Counted from the whole stretch's first letter, positions 1-12,156 are shown. The stretch is 63,049 nt of DNA, filler included, from Octopus bimaculoides (GCF_001194135.2; 7 parts of 6 records of this genome joined end to end with filler, not necessarily neighbours in it); one strand, 5' to 3'. Notes: generated by a model from the sequence alone, not told the origin. Translations and numbers: made by a program.

Positions 1-34
<34 letters not shown>

Positions 35-229
35 TGTATGTATTTGTGCGTATATATATTTCGTAAATACAAAACAAAAATTGTGTGTTTTCCGTGCAAA
101 GTTTACCAAAATGCTCAACAGATTTGAAGAGGCTTTATCGAATCATATCGAATCAGAACTACAGCATGATGTAACACAAACGAGGTGAGACACGACAACA
201 AATCAGAGGGGTTATCTACAGCATGTAAA

Positions 230-263
<34 letters not shown>

Positions 264-349
264 GATGAAATTTATAGAAGACGAAGACAGGTATATGAAC
301 CACAAGCATGTGTATTAGTTTGACGCTCGGGAAAAATGAAAATGTCTTT

Positions 350-377
350 TACGTTTCGAGCTTACGCTCTTCAACAG
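350..377 (-). ncRNA. Degenerate minimal hammerhead motif (probably inactive; A6 changed to U)
   Basis: Minus strand reads CTGTTGA-A-GAGC-GTAA-GCTC-GAAA-CG-TA: perfect 4-bp stem II with a GNRA loop and an ACGT palindrome at helix III. Stem I is weak. Confidence 0.4.
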
Positions 378-447
378 AGAAGTAGAAGAGGAAATTAACA
401 GAGCGAATGAAGAAAAAGGTGTAGCGTTGAGTGGTACAGCATGGCGA

Positions 448-484
<37 letters not shown>

Positions 485-989
485 CCGTGCATCCACGCAA
501 ACATATAGATATACACTCATATATGTATACACACATACGCACACATACATACCTGTGTGTGTGTGTGTGTATGTGGTGCTTATATGAGTGTGTGTAAATC
601 TACATATGTATTTGTTTATCTCTGTATGTATCATTAGGCGCCAATATTTCATTTGGCTCTATGTGTCTATGCGCTACATGTGTTTTCTTGAATTAGGAAA
701 TGGTAAATACATGCCTTTCTTCGCATAAAACAATATATTCCTCTAAAGATTGCGTACGTCAGTGCTTATATGTAGACACACACACACACACACACACATG
801 TATTTATGTATGTGTGTGTTTCATAAAGTGAATGTATGCGACAGCGTGTGTGAGTAGGAATCTGCTTCCCTATTCTGCTTAATTCAGCAACAGATAATGG
901 TGACTTTTATAATGCATTTTCCATCTGAGGTTTTCTTATTTTGAAAGTACGGTGTCCATTGTTACCGTAGTTGTGTTGATCTTTCACTT

Positions 990-1500
990 GCTCATGTGTG
1001 TACATGTGTGTGTGTATGTGTGTCTATAGGTGCGTGAGTGTGTATTTGTGTGTGCGCCTGGGTTTGTGTGTGCGTGAGTGTGTGTTTATATGTGTGTGCA
1101 TTTGTGCGTGCATTTGTGCGTGCATGTGTGCGCGTGTGTATGTGTGTGTTGTATGCGTATGTGTGTGTATGTGTGTACTTGTGTGTATGTGTGTGTGGGG
1201 GGGGGGGNNNNNNNNNNNNNNNNNNNNNNNNNNNNNGTGTTGTATGCGTATGTGTGTGTATGTGTGTACTTGTGTGTATGTGTGTGTGGGGGGGGGGGTT
1301 ATGTGCACTTGTGCGTCCGTACGTGTGCGTGTATGTGTGCGCGCGTGTGTGTGTTGTATGCGTGCGTATGTGTGCGTATGTGTGCGTTTGTGGGTACTTG
1401 TGTGTGTGTGTGCGCGTGCGCATGTGTGCTTGCTTGTACGTGCGCCTGCGTGCGCCTGCGTGCGTGTGTGTTGTGTGTGTGTGTGTATGTGCGTGTGTGT
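990..1500. repeat. Degenerate (GT)n/(GC) compound microsatellite
   Basis: Direct reading; source of the Cys/Val- and His/Thr-rich spurious ORFs. Confidence 0.95.
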
Positions 1501-1590
1501 GTGAAGACAAGAGCGTGGTTTCGATCCCCACACCACTCGACAGTAAGTACGTAATCCAGCGATGGACTGGCGTCCGGTTCAGTGTGAGTG
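1500..1590 (+). mobile_element. SINE fragment (tRNA B-box-like GGTTTCGATCCC plus central GATGGACTGGCGTCC box)
   Basis: The same central box occurs reverse-complemented at ~31555-31590. Confidence 0.45.
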
Positions 1591-3075
1591 TTGATCTGTG
1601 CGACAAGCCAGCGTGGGGGTGTCATTCAAATGCTACAACAATAATGTCTCGAAATTGCTAGACTATTGTCAAAATCTGAAACAAATATATGAAAGATCGT
1701 TATTCGCTGAAACGATGATTCGCTTATTTATTCATAATACATTCCGGCAGATTCATACGCATATATATACCAGTCGCTCTGGTGTCAGCCTCCCTTTTAC
1801 GACAAAAGTGATTTCATACAACATGAATTGATTGGTGCAAGGGATTCTGGGATGTTTGGTGTCCTTAACTTGAAGTATCCAGTCCTTAGGGTCTAAACAA
1901 GCCTTTCGCTTTGTTTATTATTTCAGCGAACGAAGTCGTTTGCTAATCAGTGCTTATTATTTGCCAACCGATAAAAAAATCGCCAGTTGCACTGCGTACA
2001 GCTTTTCAACAGATGTGAACGCAAATATGCCAGCTGTTATTATATGCGTTTCTTCTATAAGATGAATTATGTACTATAAGATATTGATCTATCTTTTTAG
2101 ATATAATTTGTGTTACAAGATATAATTCTTCCATATTATATACAGTGCTGCTATATAATATATAATTATGTACTTTAAAATTGAATTATCTCCTACAAAA
2201 TATTTTATAATTTTATTTTATCTCCCCTAAATATAAAAATATATCCTCTATTTGTCTCCCCTAATTATAAAATATACTCTCTATGATCTATTACGATCAT
2301 ACCTCAATTCTTGTTCGTTGTATTTTAAATATATTTTCTTAACCTATTTCTAATAATAATTTCAATTCTATTTTATCTCTATTGTAACGCGGTATACTTA
2401 TGCCTTTTTCCATCTAGTATTAATAATTAATTAATATTCTGATTATATCTATTTATATAACAATTCCATTATAATATATTCTTTATTTTCATTTATATTA
2501 CCTTATTTCTTTCTTGGTTATCTTTGGTATAGCATCTTTTATTGGCTTACGTCTAAAATTTCTTTTATAAAAGATAAAAGAATTTCTTTAGTATAATTCT
2601 TAAATATTTTTATATTATAGCTTTTTATTCTAGTTTTTATTATAATTTTTCTCTCAGATATTTTCATATATTTCCTCGTATATTTTATAAAACTTATATC
2701 TTATATCCTTATATCTTCAGATTTTATATGCCCTTCATATATTTTTCATAATTTTTGTATATTTTATTAATACTATCCCACTGTGTACTGTGAACCTAAA
2801 ATTATAAAACTATAATATTTTTATTACATATATTTTTTTTGTATATTTTATATATTTCTTATGGTTTATATTTTCATGCCTTGTATATATATCTTTCATA
2901 TTTTCTTTTATTTTATCATATTATATTTTATATTTACATTTTGTTATAATTTTATCTTTTATTTTTTAAATATTTAAAAAGTTTTTATAGCATAAGAATC
3001 TGGTGCCAATTTATAATTTTAAATGTTTTTCATAAAATTCGTTATATGCTGCAATCTTATATTATTATATATATC

Positions 3076-3264
3076 CAGTAGAACCTCGGTTTTCGAACAA
3101 CTTTGATCACGAATAAATCGTGCTTTATCTCTTGTCTTTCTCATATTCATTTAATACAGTAGTACCTCGGTTTACGAACGCCTCTGATCTAGAATAAATC
3201 GTGCTTTATATATATAAAGCACGATTTATTCGTTATCAGAGATGTTCGTAAACCGATGTACTAC
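3076..3264. mobile_element. pogo/Tigger-like MITE remnant: an extra left arm plus a ~106-bp near-perfect palindrome
   Basis: TA-CAGTAGTACCTCGGTTTACGAAC terminus at 3155. Arms 3159-3210 and 3213-3264 are reverse complements with about 6 mismatches. A diverged left arm lies at 3076-3128. Confidence 0.7.
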
Positions 3265-3906
3265 ATTATCAAATTATACGTCATCCCCTTCCTTAGTTAC
3301 ATTTGAAATTTCTTATAAGCCTTTATATATATCTTTATATTCATATTTTGCTTTACTGGTATAAGTAAACTAAGGTTAAAACTTACTCTTTCAATTTATA
3401 TTCCACCCATAATACTTTAAGAGATATTTCTTTTAACAGTTCATTTTTTCTTCCCCATTAAGATGAAAATCAAAATAAGCTTTATTAGCAGCCCCTATTC
3501 TTTCTATTATCACCACTCCCCCATCATATATTCTCGGTTATCGCCCCATGGCATACACTTTGGTGTTGATATACCCGGAAGTAAAGTTCCATTTTCTTCG
3601 ATAGTAGAACGGCCTGTCGTGATACTAATTCATTTATAACTTGCCAAGAATCTAATTTTAGATGTTTTGAAGACTACATTCTCCCTATTGTCTTCAATGT
3701 CTAGATAAAGGGGTCACTATTCTCATTCATTCTCCCCCACCTCACTCTAGCCTATGCTAATTTCTGGTTTGTCTGTCGCTGTTCTGTCCTTCTTTTCATT
3801 CTGCCCCCAAATTTAGCCGCGGAATCATTGTAAATATTTGCTCATTATTAATGAAATGATAATGTTTAATTATATAACTTGTACTTTATGCTTCAGGTCT
3901 ATGCGG

Positions 3907-3990
3907 TCATCTGATGAGAACGGTTTTCTTTGTAATGATGTAATGCTTTCATTAATCAACTAAAGGAGTCGCTCGAAACGGCTGTAATGA
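3907..3990 (+). ncRNA. Candidate type I minimal hammerhead ribozyme of the Penelope-like-element type
   Basis: TCAT(3907-10), CTGATGA(3911-17), stem II (3918-27 with 3965-74, one mismatch), GAAA(3975-78), C-GGCT-G, TA (cleavage 3' of 3986), then ATGA pairing with TCAT. All core nucleotides are intact. Confidence 0.6.
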
Positions 3991-4034
3991 ATTGAAACTT
4001 ATACATCTTTGTTACTCATTTATATTTCATATAT

Positions 4035-4389
4035 AAAAGGTCGACATTGCACAGTGCCAAAGATCCCAGCAAAGCTATCGCGCATCAGAACCAGTTACTG
4101 CAACAGCCTTGGTTTCAGGGGACCGCAACTTTTTAATATTCTCCCAAAGAACCTGAGGGACCTATACAAAGTGGATGTAGGAATTTTCAAATCAAAACTA
4201 GATCTCTTCCCGTCGAGAGTTCTAGATGAACGTACCTCGCGGCAGGAGGTGCAAATAAGGGTAGCGACATCAAACTCCCTTATTCACCAAATGCCATATA
4301 TAAGAGGAGGTTCTCAATGCTAACATTGTAGCAAAACGGCAGTGCCCCAGTATGGCCACAACTTTGAGCTGAAACTAAAAAAAAAAAAT

Positions 4390-4390
<1 letters not shown>
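4035..4390 (+). mobile_element. CR1/L2-group LINE 3' end (ORF2 C-terminus, 3' UTR and A-rich tail)
   Basis: Translation NSLGFRGPQLFNILPKNLRDL...FKSKLDLF..RVLDE...SNSLIHQM*, typical of CR1-group ORF2 termini, followed by a short UTR and an A run. Confidence 0.8.
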
Positions 4391-4484
<94 letters not shown>

Positions 4485-4610
4485 TGTGTCTGTGTGCATG
4501 CATGTGGGTCTGTGCGAATGTAAGCGTATGTATAGAATAATTTTTGTACTTAGCCATGTATACATGCACACACATGTATGTATGTATCGTATCCATGTGT
4601 GTACATTCTT

Positions 4611-4651
<41 letters not shown>

Positions 4652-5469
4652 TGTATGCATGTATGTATGCAATCAGTATATAGGATATAAATCTATATAA
4701 ATCAAGATTTATAAACAGTGAAGTAATATATGAAATATTAAAAATGACGCAACATTCTTCATTCTTCTATTTGACAAATGCGCCAACAGCAGAATGTTGT
4801 TATTGGTGGTGGTGGTGTTGTTGTTGTTGTTGTTGGTGGTGGTGGTGATGGCGTAAAAGAATATACAGTGAAAAGACATTAATTTCGGAACAGAATATAA
4901 ATGTCAGAAAATATATAAATGGACAATAACATTGAAAAATAATAGAAAACTGACTTACATTTGCACGCATACACACGTGTATATATATAAATGCATGTAT
5001 GTATGTACTTAAGTATGTATGCAAGTTTCTGTGTATGTATCTGTGTATCTATGTATTATTTACGCTTGTATGAATGTATTTTTTGTACGTATGAATATAT
5101 TAATGTAAGTATGGTTGGTTGGCTGGTTGGTTGGATGGATGGATGGATGGATGGATGGATGGATGGATGAGTGGATGGATGAGGGGATGGATGGATGGGC
5201 CGATGTGTCTTAATTGAATTTGTTTCTTATATAAAAATAAAACAGTCTGGATTCTCACTAAGGTACAAACCCCATCAATCGTTGGAAATTTAAATGAAAA
5301 AATTATACACACTAATACACACACAAACACACATGGGCACACACACAAACACACATGGGCACACACACAACCACGCATACGCGCGCGCACACATACACAT
5401 ATATACCATATCATGTGTATTGGTTTTTCCGTGTGTGTATATGTGTGTGTGTGTGGAGGGACAGCATAG

Positions 5470-6205
5470 ATTGTCCACAATTTAAATTGGTCGGCTACAC
5501 AGATCACAAATTTGTTATATGCTCAGTCGATTTAGACAGGACTCGTGGACAGGTGCCTGGTTACTGGAAGTTGAATGCATCCTTACCGGCTTGTAAAGAA
5601 AAGAGGGACCTGATTAGTAAATTAATTAAGCGGCAATTGACGGAGGATCGCTCTGGAAGAGCGATTAGAGTAGAATCGATAGCGTTTAGCGACGATTTAG
5701 CAATAGAAAGAAACAGATAACGGGGAGAACTAGTTACCAAATTAAAAGAGGTTATTAATAAAGGCATCGCGACCGACGTGTTAGCAGCAAAAATGGCCCT
5801 AGGCTATTTCTTTGTTGCGAAACACGAAAGGCGCGTTGTCAGGGATATCGCCTGTGTGCAAAAAGACGAAGGAACTAAAGCCATCTGATGGGCCAGAATG
5901 GTAGAGACGCGACGTGGAAACGAAACCACGATCAAATCTTTGACGGATCAGGACGATGCATGCTACTCGGTTCTGAACAGATGTGCACGGATTTCCAGCA
6001 GCACGACCAGGTGGAAAGAGTTTCTACCTTTACAAACAAGGTGTTTACAACGCAGGAGGGGACACATTTTGATGAAGGAGAGGCTACAATCAATTATATG
6101 CTATTTCCAAGTCATGACTGGTAGATATTTTACCAAATTCAGAAAAGTGAGAGGTGATGTCGACTTCGGCGGGAGTCGAAATAACTACGGCAATGGAGGT
6201 TAAAT
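5470..6205 (+). mobile_element. L1/Tx1-clade LINE ORF2 fragment (end of APE endonuclease plus linker), degenerate
   Basis: YTDHKFV (SDH motif) followed by GQVPGYWKLNASL, the usual post-endonuclease motif of L1/Tx1. Stops and frameshifts downstream. Confidence 0.8.
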
Positions 6206-6594
6206 TGAATAATGAATGAAAAGTTCTACGTTGGTCTGTCGAGCAAATCCAATTGAAAGATATGGATATTTAGAGAAATATGTATTATATATATATAATT
6301 ATGTATGAGCGCGCGCGTATGCACGTGTATGTGTGTGAGTGTGTGCAACGAATTTACAAATATATAGGTAAGTATATACGTTAGTGTTGTATATCTCTAT
6401 ATACATGCACATACATATATATATATATATACTGTAAATATGTATGTGTGTGAGTGTATGTGTGTGTTTATAAATGTATATATATACACAAAAACAAGTG
6501 GGAGAAAGAGAGAGTGAAATAAATTGTTAGAAAACTATATATATATATATATGCATAAACTAATTATATATATGTGAGTGTATACATACATACA

Positions 6595-6630
<36 letters not shown>

Positions 6631-6988
6631 NNNNNNNNNNNNNNNNNNNNNNNNNNNNNNNNNNNNNNNNNNNNNNNNNNNNNNNNNNNNNNNNNNNNNN
6701 NNNNNNNNNNNNNNNNNNNNNNNNNNNNNNNNNNNNNNNNNNNNNNNNNNNNNNNNNNNNNNNNNNNNNNNNNNNNNNNNNNNNNNNNNNNNNNNNNNNN
6801 NNNNNNNNNNNNNNNNNNNNNNNNNNNNNNNNNNNNNNNNNNNNNNNNNNNNNNNNNNNNNNNNNNNNNNNNNNNNNNNNNNNNNNNNNNNNNNNNNNNN
6901 NNNNNNNNNNNNNNNNNNNNNNNNNNNNNNNNNNNNNNNNNNNNNNNNNNNNNNNNNNNNNNNNNNNNNNNNNNNNNNNNNNNNNNNN

Positions 6989-7024
<36 letters not shown>

Positions 7025-7120
7025 TGCAAGAAAGAATGAAAAAAAGAAAAGTGCTTGAACGCATATATTCGTACTCACAAAGACCTACATACACACATAC
7101 ATAGATACCTGTCCATCCAT

Positions 7121-7157
<37 letters not shown>

Positions 7158-8043
7158 GTCATCCATCCATACATGGACACATACGATCATCCATACATAC
7201 GGGAATAGCTAAAAATGGTTTCATACGCTTCAGTGAATCCAGTGAACAGAACAGAGTTAATGGATTTCTAGTGTTAAACTTTCAGTTGTCTATATTTGGT
7301 TGGTCTATTTCCAGATTAACAAAACTTTCATTCACAGACTCGCGGCTTTCCGGGTCAACGTGTTGTTTTGTTCCACGTAGCTCTCTGTGTTCTATATGTG
7401 TCTACGAGTGAGTGTATATGTATATATGTACCTACGTATACAGATTCATATGCATCGTCATATAATATATTTACACACACACACACACACACACACATAC
7501 GCGTGTGTGTGTGTAATCTTTTATTCAGTTTTATGTATAGGTATATAATATATTTACTTAAGTATATACACATGTATGTCTGTGGGGGTGTGTCTATAAA
7601 GAAAGACGCACGGACGCTCAAACATACATATATACTTATGTATATATGTAAGCATGTCTATATACATATATGTGTGTGTGTGTGTGCTTTGTTTGTGTTT
7701 GTGTGTGTGTGCGCTTTGTTTGTGCGTGTGTGTGTGCGTGTGTGTGTGTGTTTGTGTGTGCGTAAGTCTGTGTCTATGTGCAAGCATTGATATGGACGGA
7801 TGGCAGAACTAATGCTATTGTCTACTTCAATATGAGCATGTATAACGATATATATATAGTTATACAAATACAAACATACACATGTATACATATATACATA
7901 TACATATATATATGTGTGTGTGTCTCTGTGTGTGTAAGTGTGTGTGTTTGCGCTTGTGTAGGCGTCCTTGTAGGTTTATATATAAAACAATATAATTAAA
8001 TATAGAAACATCTATTTTCTCATCCTGATAACGAGTATGTATG

Positions 8044-8082
<39 letters not shown>

Positions 8083-9530
8083 NNNNNNNNNNNNNNNNNN
8101 NNNNNNNNNNNNNNNNNNNNNNNNNNNNNNNNNNNNNNNNNNNNNNNNNNNNNNNNNNNNNNNNNNNNNNNNNNNNNNNNNNNNNNNNNNNNNNNNNNNN
8201 NNNNNNNNNNNNNNNNNNNNNNNNNNNNNNNNNNNNNNNNNNNNNNNNNNNNNNNNNNNNNNNNNNNNNNNNNNNNNNNNNNNNNNNNNNNNNNNNNNNN
8301 NNNNNNNNNNNNNNNNNNNNNNNNNNNNNNNNNNNNNNNNNNNNNNNNNNNNNNNNNNNNNNNNNNNNNNNNNNNNNNNNNNNNNNNNNNNNNNNNNNNN
8401 NNNNNNNNNNNNNNNNNNNNNNNNNNNNNNNNNNNNNNNNNNNNNNNNNNNNNNNNNNNNNNNNNNNNNNNNNNNNNNNNNNNNNNNNNNNNNNNNNNNN
8501 NNNNNNNNNNNNNNNNNNNNNNNNNNNNNNNNNNNNNNNNNNNNNNNNNNNNNNNNNNNNNNNNNNNNNNNNNNNNNNNNNNNNNNNNNNNNNNNNNNNN
8601 NNNNNNNNNNNNNNNNNNNNNNNNNNNNNNNNNNNNNNNNNNNNNNNNNNNNNNNNNNNNNNNNNNNNNNNNNNNNNNNNNNNNNNNNNNNNATATATTA
8701 TGTATGTGTTCATACATATGCACATGCAAAGATAGAGATATAACGAGAGAGGAGGATGGATGGATGGGTGGATAGATAGATAGACAGATAGATAGACAGA
8801 TAGATAGACAGATAGATAGACAGATGAATAGATGAAGTGCGTAAGCGGAAGCGGAAAATGCACTTATTGTATAATGCAGGTAGTTATTTGTTAATTTGTT
8901 TACATCCATAGTCTCTCTCTGTTGACGTTGCTATTCCGAGATGGCTTCAGTTTTAGAAGTATATAACCCCCCCCCCNNNNNNNNNNNNNNNNNNNNNNNN
9001 NNNNNNNNNNNNNNNNNNNNNNNNNNNNNNNNNACATACACACAGGTATAGTTATGCTTATACCTATGTATGTCTGCATACGCGCACAAACGCACACGTA
9101 CGTGTGTATGTATGTGAATGTGTGTGCGTGTGAGCGTGTGTGCGTGTGAGCGTGTGTGCGTGTGTAATGTTTTTAAAGTGCTTATCTATGCACTGCACAT
9201 ACAACTAGAGCGTTAACGTACCGTATGCTCCGTGCCATTCCGAAATAGATGCCTGGCAAGAAAATTCTTGTTGTTACACGGATATTTCCATGTTGCAGGT
9301 TCGTAAGCAATACTGGTCAAAGAGTGCAATACATGGTACGATGTGGGATATTATATTTATAAAATGGTTTACTTATCAAACCTTTACACGTGTCTCTGTG
9401 GCAGTTGCATCATGATTATATAAAAAAATCAATTATTTTACGTATTTTTTGTCTTTCTAAGTTACTTTATCGGGAGCTATATACATACATACATACATAC
9501 ATACACGCATACATACATACATACATACAT

Positions 9531-9790
9531 AGCTTGCTTCCTAACCACATAGTTTCGGGTTCAGTCACACTGCGTGGCACCTTGGGCAAATGTCTCCTAC
9601 TATAACCTCGGGCTGACCAAAGCTTTGTGAGTGGAATTGGTAGACGGAAACTGAAAGAAGCCCGTCGTATATATGTATATGATTGTGTATCTGCGTTTGT
9701 CTCCCAAACATCGCTTGACAACCGATGCTGGTGTGTTTACGTCTCTGTAACTTGGCGGTTCCGCAAAAGAGACCGATAGAATAAGTACAA
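9531..9790 (+). mobile_element. tRNA-derived SINE family A (core GGGTTCAGTCCCACTGCGTGGCACCTTGGGCAAGTG...GACGGAAACTGAAAGAAGCCCGTCG with internal microsatellite)
   Basis: Recurrent in the window. Other copies: ~12315-12375, 18389-18523(-), 23450-23550, 23866-24003(-), 34355-34510(-), 34885-35015, 42068-42225(-), 42905-43020(-), 62050-62200. Confidence 0.85.
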
Positions 9791-10134
9791 ACTCCTTATA
9801 TTCTGAGTTCAGATACAACCGATGTCAAATTTGCCTTCCATTGTTTCAGGTTCGATACGATAAAATAAAATATCAATCAAGCACTGGGGTTAATGGTTCC
9901 CACTTACCCATTCCCCTCAAAGTTGTTGAAGGGAGGGGGATACATACAACAAAAATAATTTTCAGTCAACTGTAGGGCGGGTGAGGTTGATTCGCAAACT
10001 CGTAGAGCATCGGAGAAAATGTTCGGCGGTATTTCTTATAACTACGTTCTGGGTTCACCTTTGTCGTTTCATCCTTTGGGAGTAGATGAAATAAAGTTCC
10101 AGTGAAATACGGGGGTGAATAATATCGACTAGAC

Positions 10135-10338
10135 CAGGGGTTTTCAAACTTTTTGACTTGCGGACCCCTTTATATTTCAGGCTTTACCCTTATAAATGCT
10201 TATGAAATTTATACATAAATATTTGCTTAAAATAACATATATTTTTACATTTATTTATTTAACAGTATTTAACAAATAGGTTTATTGTCAATTAAAAGAT
10301 TTCGATTATAAAACATATATAAAATCAAATTGCCCATA
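10135..10338 (+). mobile_element. hAT (Charlie-like) DNA transposon left end, cut off by an N-gap
   Basis: CAGGGGTTTTCAAACTTTTT terminus preceded by the 8-mer GACTAGAC with a central CTAG, the Charlie-type target preference. Confidence 0.6.
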
Positions 10339-11084
10339 AAGAGTATTTGCTGTCTACGNNNNNNNNNNNNNNNNNNNNNNNNNNNNNNNNNNNNNNNNNN
10401 NNNNNNNNNNNNNNNNNNNNNNNNNNNNNNNNNNNNNNNNNNNNNNNNNNNNNNNNNNNNNNNNNNNNNNNNNNNNNNNNNNNNNNNNNNNNNNNNNNNN
10501 NNNNNNNNNNNNNNNNNNNNNNNNNNNNNNNNNNNNNNNNNNNNNNNNNNNNNNNNNNNNNNNNNNNNNNNNNNNNNNNNNNNNNNNNNNNNNNNNNNNN
10601 NNNNNNNNNNNNNNNNNNNNNNNNNNNNNNNNNNNNNNNNNNNNNNNNNNNNNNNNNNNNNNNNNNNNNNNNNNNNNNNNNNNNNNNNNNNNNNNNNNNN
10701 NNNNNNNNNNNNNNNNNNNNNNNNNNNNNNNNNNNNNNNNNNNNNNNNNNNNNNNNNNNNNNNNNNNNNNNNNNNNNNNNNNNNNNNNNNNNNNNNNNNN
10801 NNNNNNNNNNNNNNNNNNNNNNNNNNNNNNNNAAATATTAATTTCTTTAACTATACACAAAATGTAGGAATACGAAATTCGTTGAGCAGTTAGCGGTCCA
10901 GAAAGAAAATAGTTTTAAAACATAAAAGTTAAATGATACTAAATTACTTGACTTATCTATTAAAAATATTATAAAATGGTAAAAAAAATATGACAAGACT
11001 CTTATACTAAGAATAAGCTGGAGGAGAAAATATGATGGAGTTAGGGGTTAAAGATGGCCGAAGTCTTTTCTTCCTTTCCTGTTT

Positions 11085-11117
<33 letters not shown>

Positions 11118-11244
11118 TTTGTCTTTCTTTTTTGTCTTTCATTAGAAAGCCAAGAGAAATCAAATGAACAAACATGTCAGACAAGTTAATATCATCATGG
11201 CTGTTCAAGTGGAAATTCAAAACTTAGTAGTCTGGCTCGGTAAT

Positions 11245-11245
11245 G

Positions 11246-11277
<32 letters not shown>

Positions 11278-11461
11278 TGTATGTATGTATGTATGTATGT
11301 ATGTATGTATGTACGTATGTACGTATGTATGTATGTACGTATGTATGTATGTGTATGTATGTGTGTGTATGTATGTATGTATATATGTATATATGTATGT
11401 GTGTATGTATGTACGTATGTGTGTGTGTGTGTGTATATATATATGTGTGTGTATACATATG

Positions 11462-11499
<38 letters not shown>

Positions 11500-11671
11500 T
11501 ATGCATATAAATATATATTATGCATATACATACGTAGCTGTACACCCCACAAAGATATATATATATATACATACATATATGTACATACATATATGTGTAT
11601 ATATGCAGCATATCTCTCTCTCTCTTTTCCTCACTCTCTTTCCCCTCTCTCTCACTCTTTCTCTATATATA

Positions 11672-11720
<49 letters not shown>

Positions 11721-11760
11721 TATATATATACATACATACATTCATACATACATACAAATA
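11245..11760. repeat. Compound microsatellite (TATG)n-(GATA)n-(TA)n
   Basis: Direct reading. Similar tracts at 1-60, 4390-4660, 5120-5200, 7400-8080, 12080-12310, 17760-18275, 32810-32895, 33990-34345, 37720-37795 and 58650-58880. Confidence 0.95.
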
Positions 11761-11764
11761 TACA

Positions 11765-12070
11765 TGTATGTGAGAGCGTTTGGCCCCGTGGTTAGTGTCT
11801 TACATTCTCGACCGCGAGTTCGTTGTTTCAGTTCCTAGACTGGATGGTGTGTTGTGTTCTTGCGCAAACCACTTCATCTCACGTTGCTCTACGATCACTT
11901 CGAGACTTGCAGCACACTGCGCTCCTGTTCAGGCAACGTCGATTTGATGGAGGCAGAATGAGCTTATTCACAGCACGAACATTTGATCACTACAAACAAA
12001 TCGTTTGAGCAGGTCGTTCGGCAAAACACTGAAAACACGTACGGCGTCTTCGATGAGAGAGTTCATCTTA
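11765..12070 (+). mobile_element. tRNA-derived SINE (different body)
   Basis: A/B-box-like head TGGCCCCGTGGTTAGTGTC...GTTTCAGTTCC, then GTGTTGTGTTCTTGCGCAAACCACTTCATCTCACGTTGCTC. The head is similar to that of the 15690 element. Confidence 0.6.
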
Positions 12071-12096
12071 TGTACACGTATAGACAGACAGACAGG

Positions 12097-12156
<60 letters not shown>

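Noticed and set aside
102-418. Two phase-compatible plus-strand exon candidates (FTKMLNRFEEALSNHIESELQHDVTQTR and EVEEEINRANEEK)
   Set aside because: No recognisable protein and a weak second donor. The second acceptor coincides with the minus-strand hammerhead motif, so a Penelope-type terminal repeat explains the region better. Not excluded without RNA-seq.
1146-1298. Direct repeat flanking a short N-run
   Set aside because: The same ~60 nt on both sides of the gap indicates an unmerged contig overlap.
992-1661. Long Cys/Val- and His/Thr-rich ORFs here and elsewhere, and the long X-containing ORFs
   Set aside because: Translations of (GT)n, (TA)n and (TATG)n microsatellites, or frames held open only by N-gaps.
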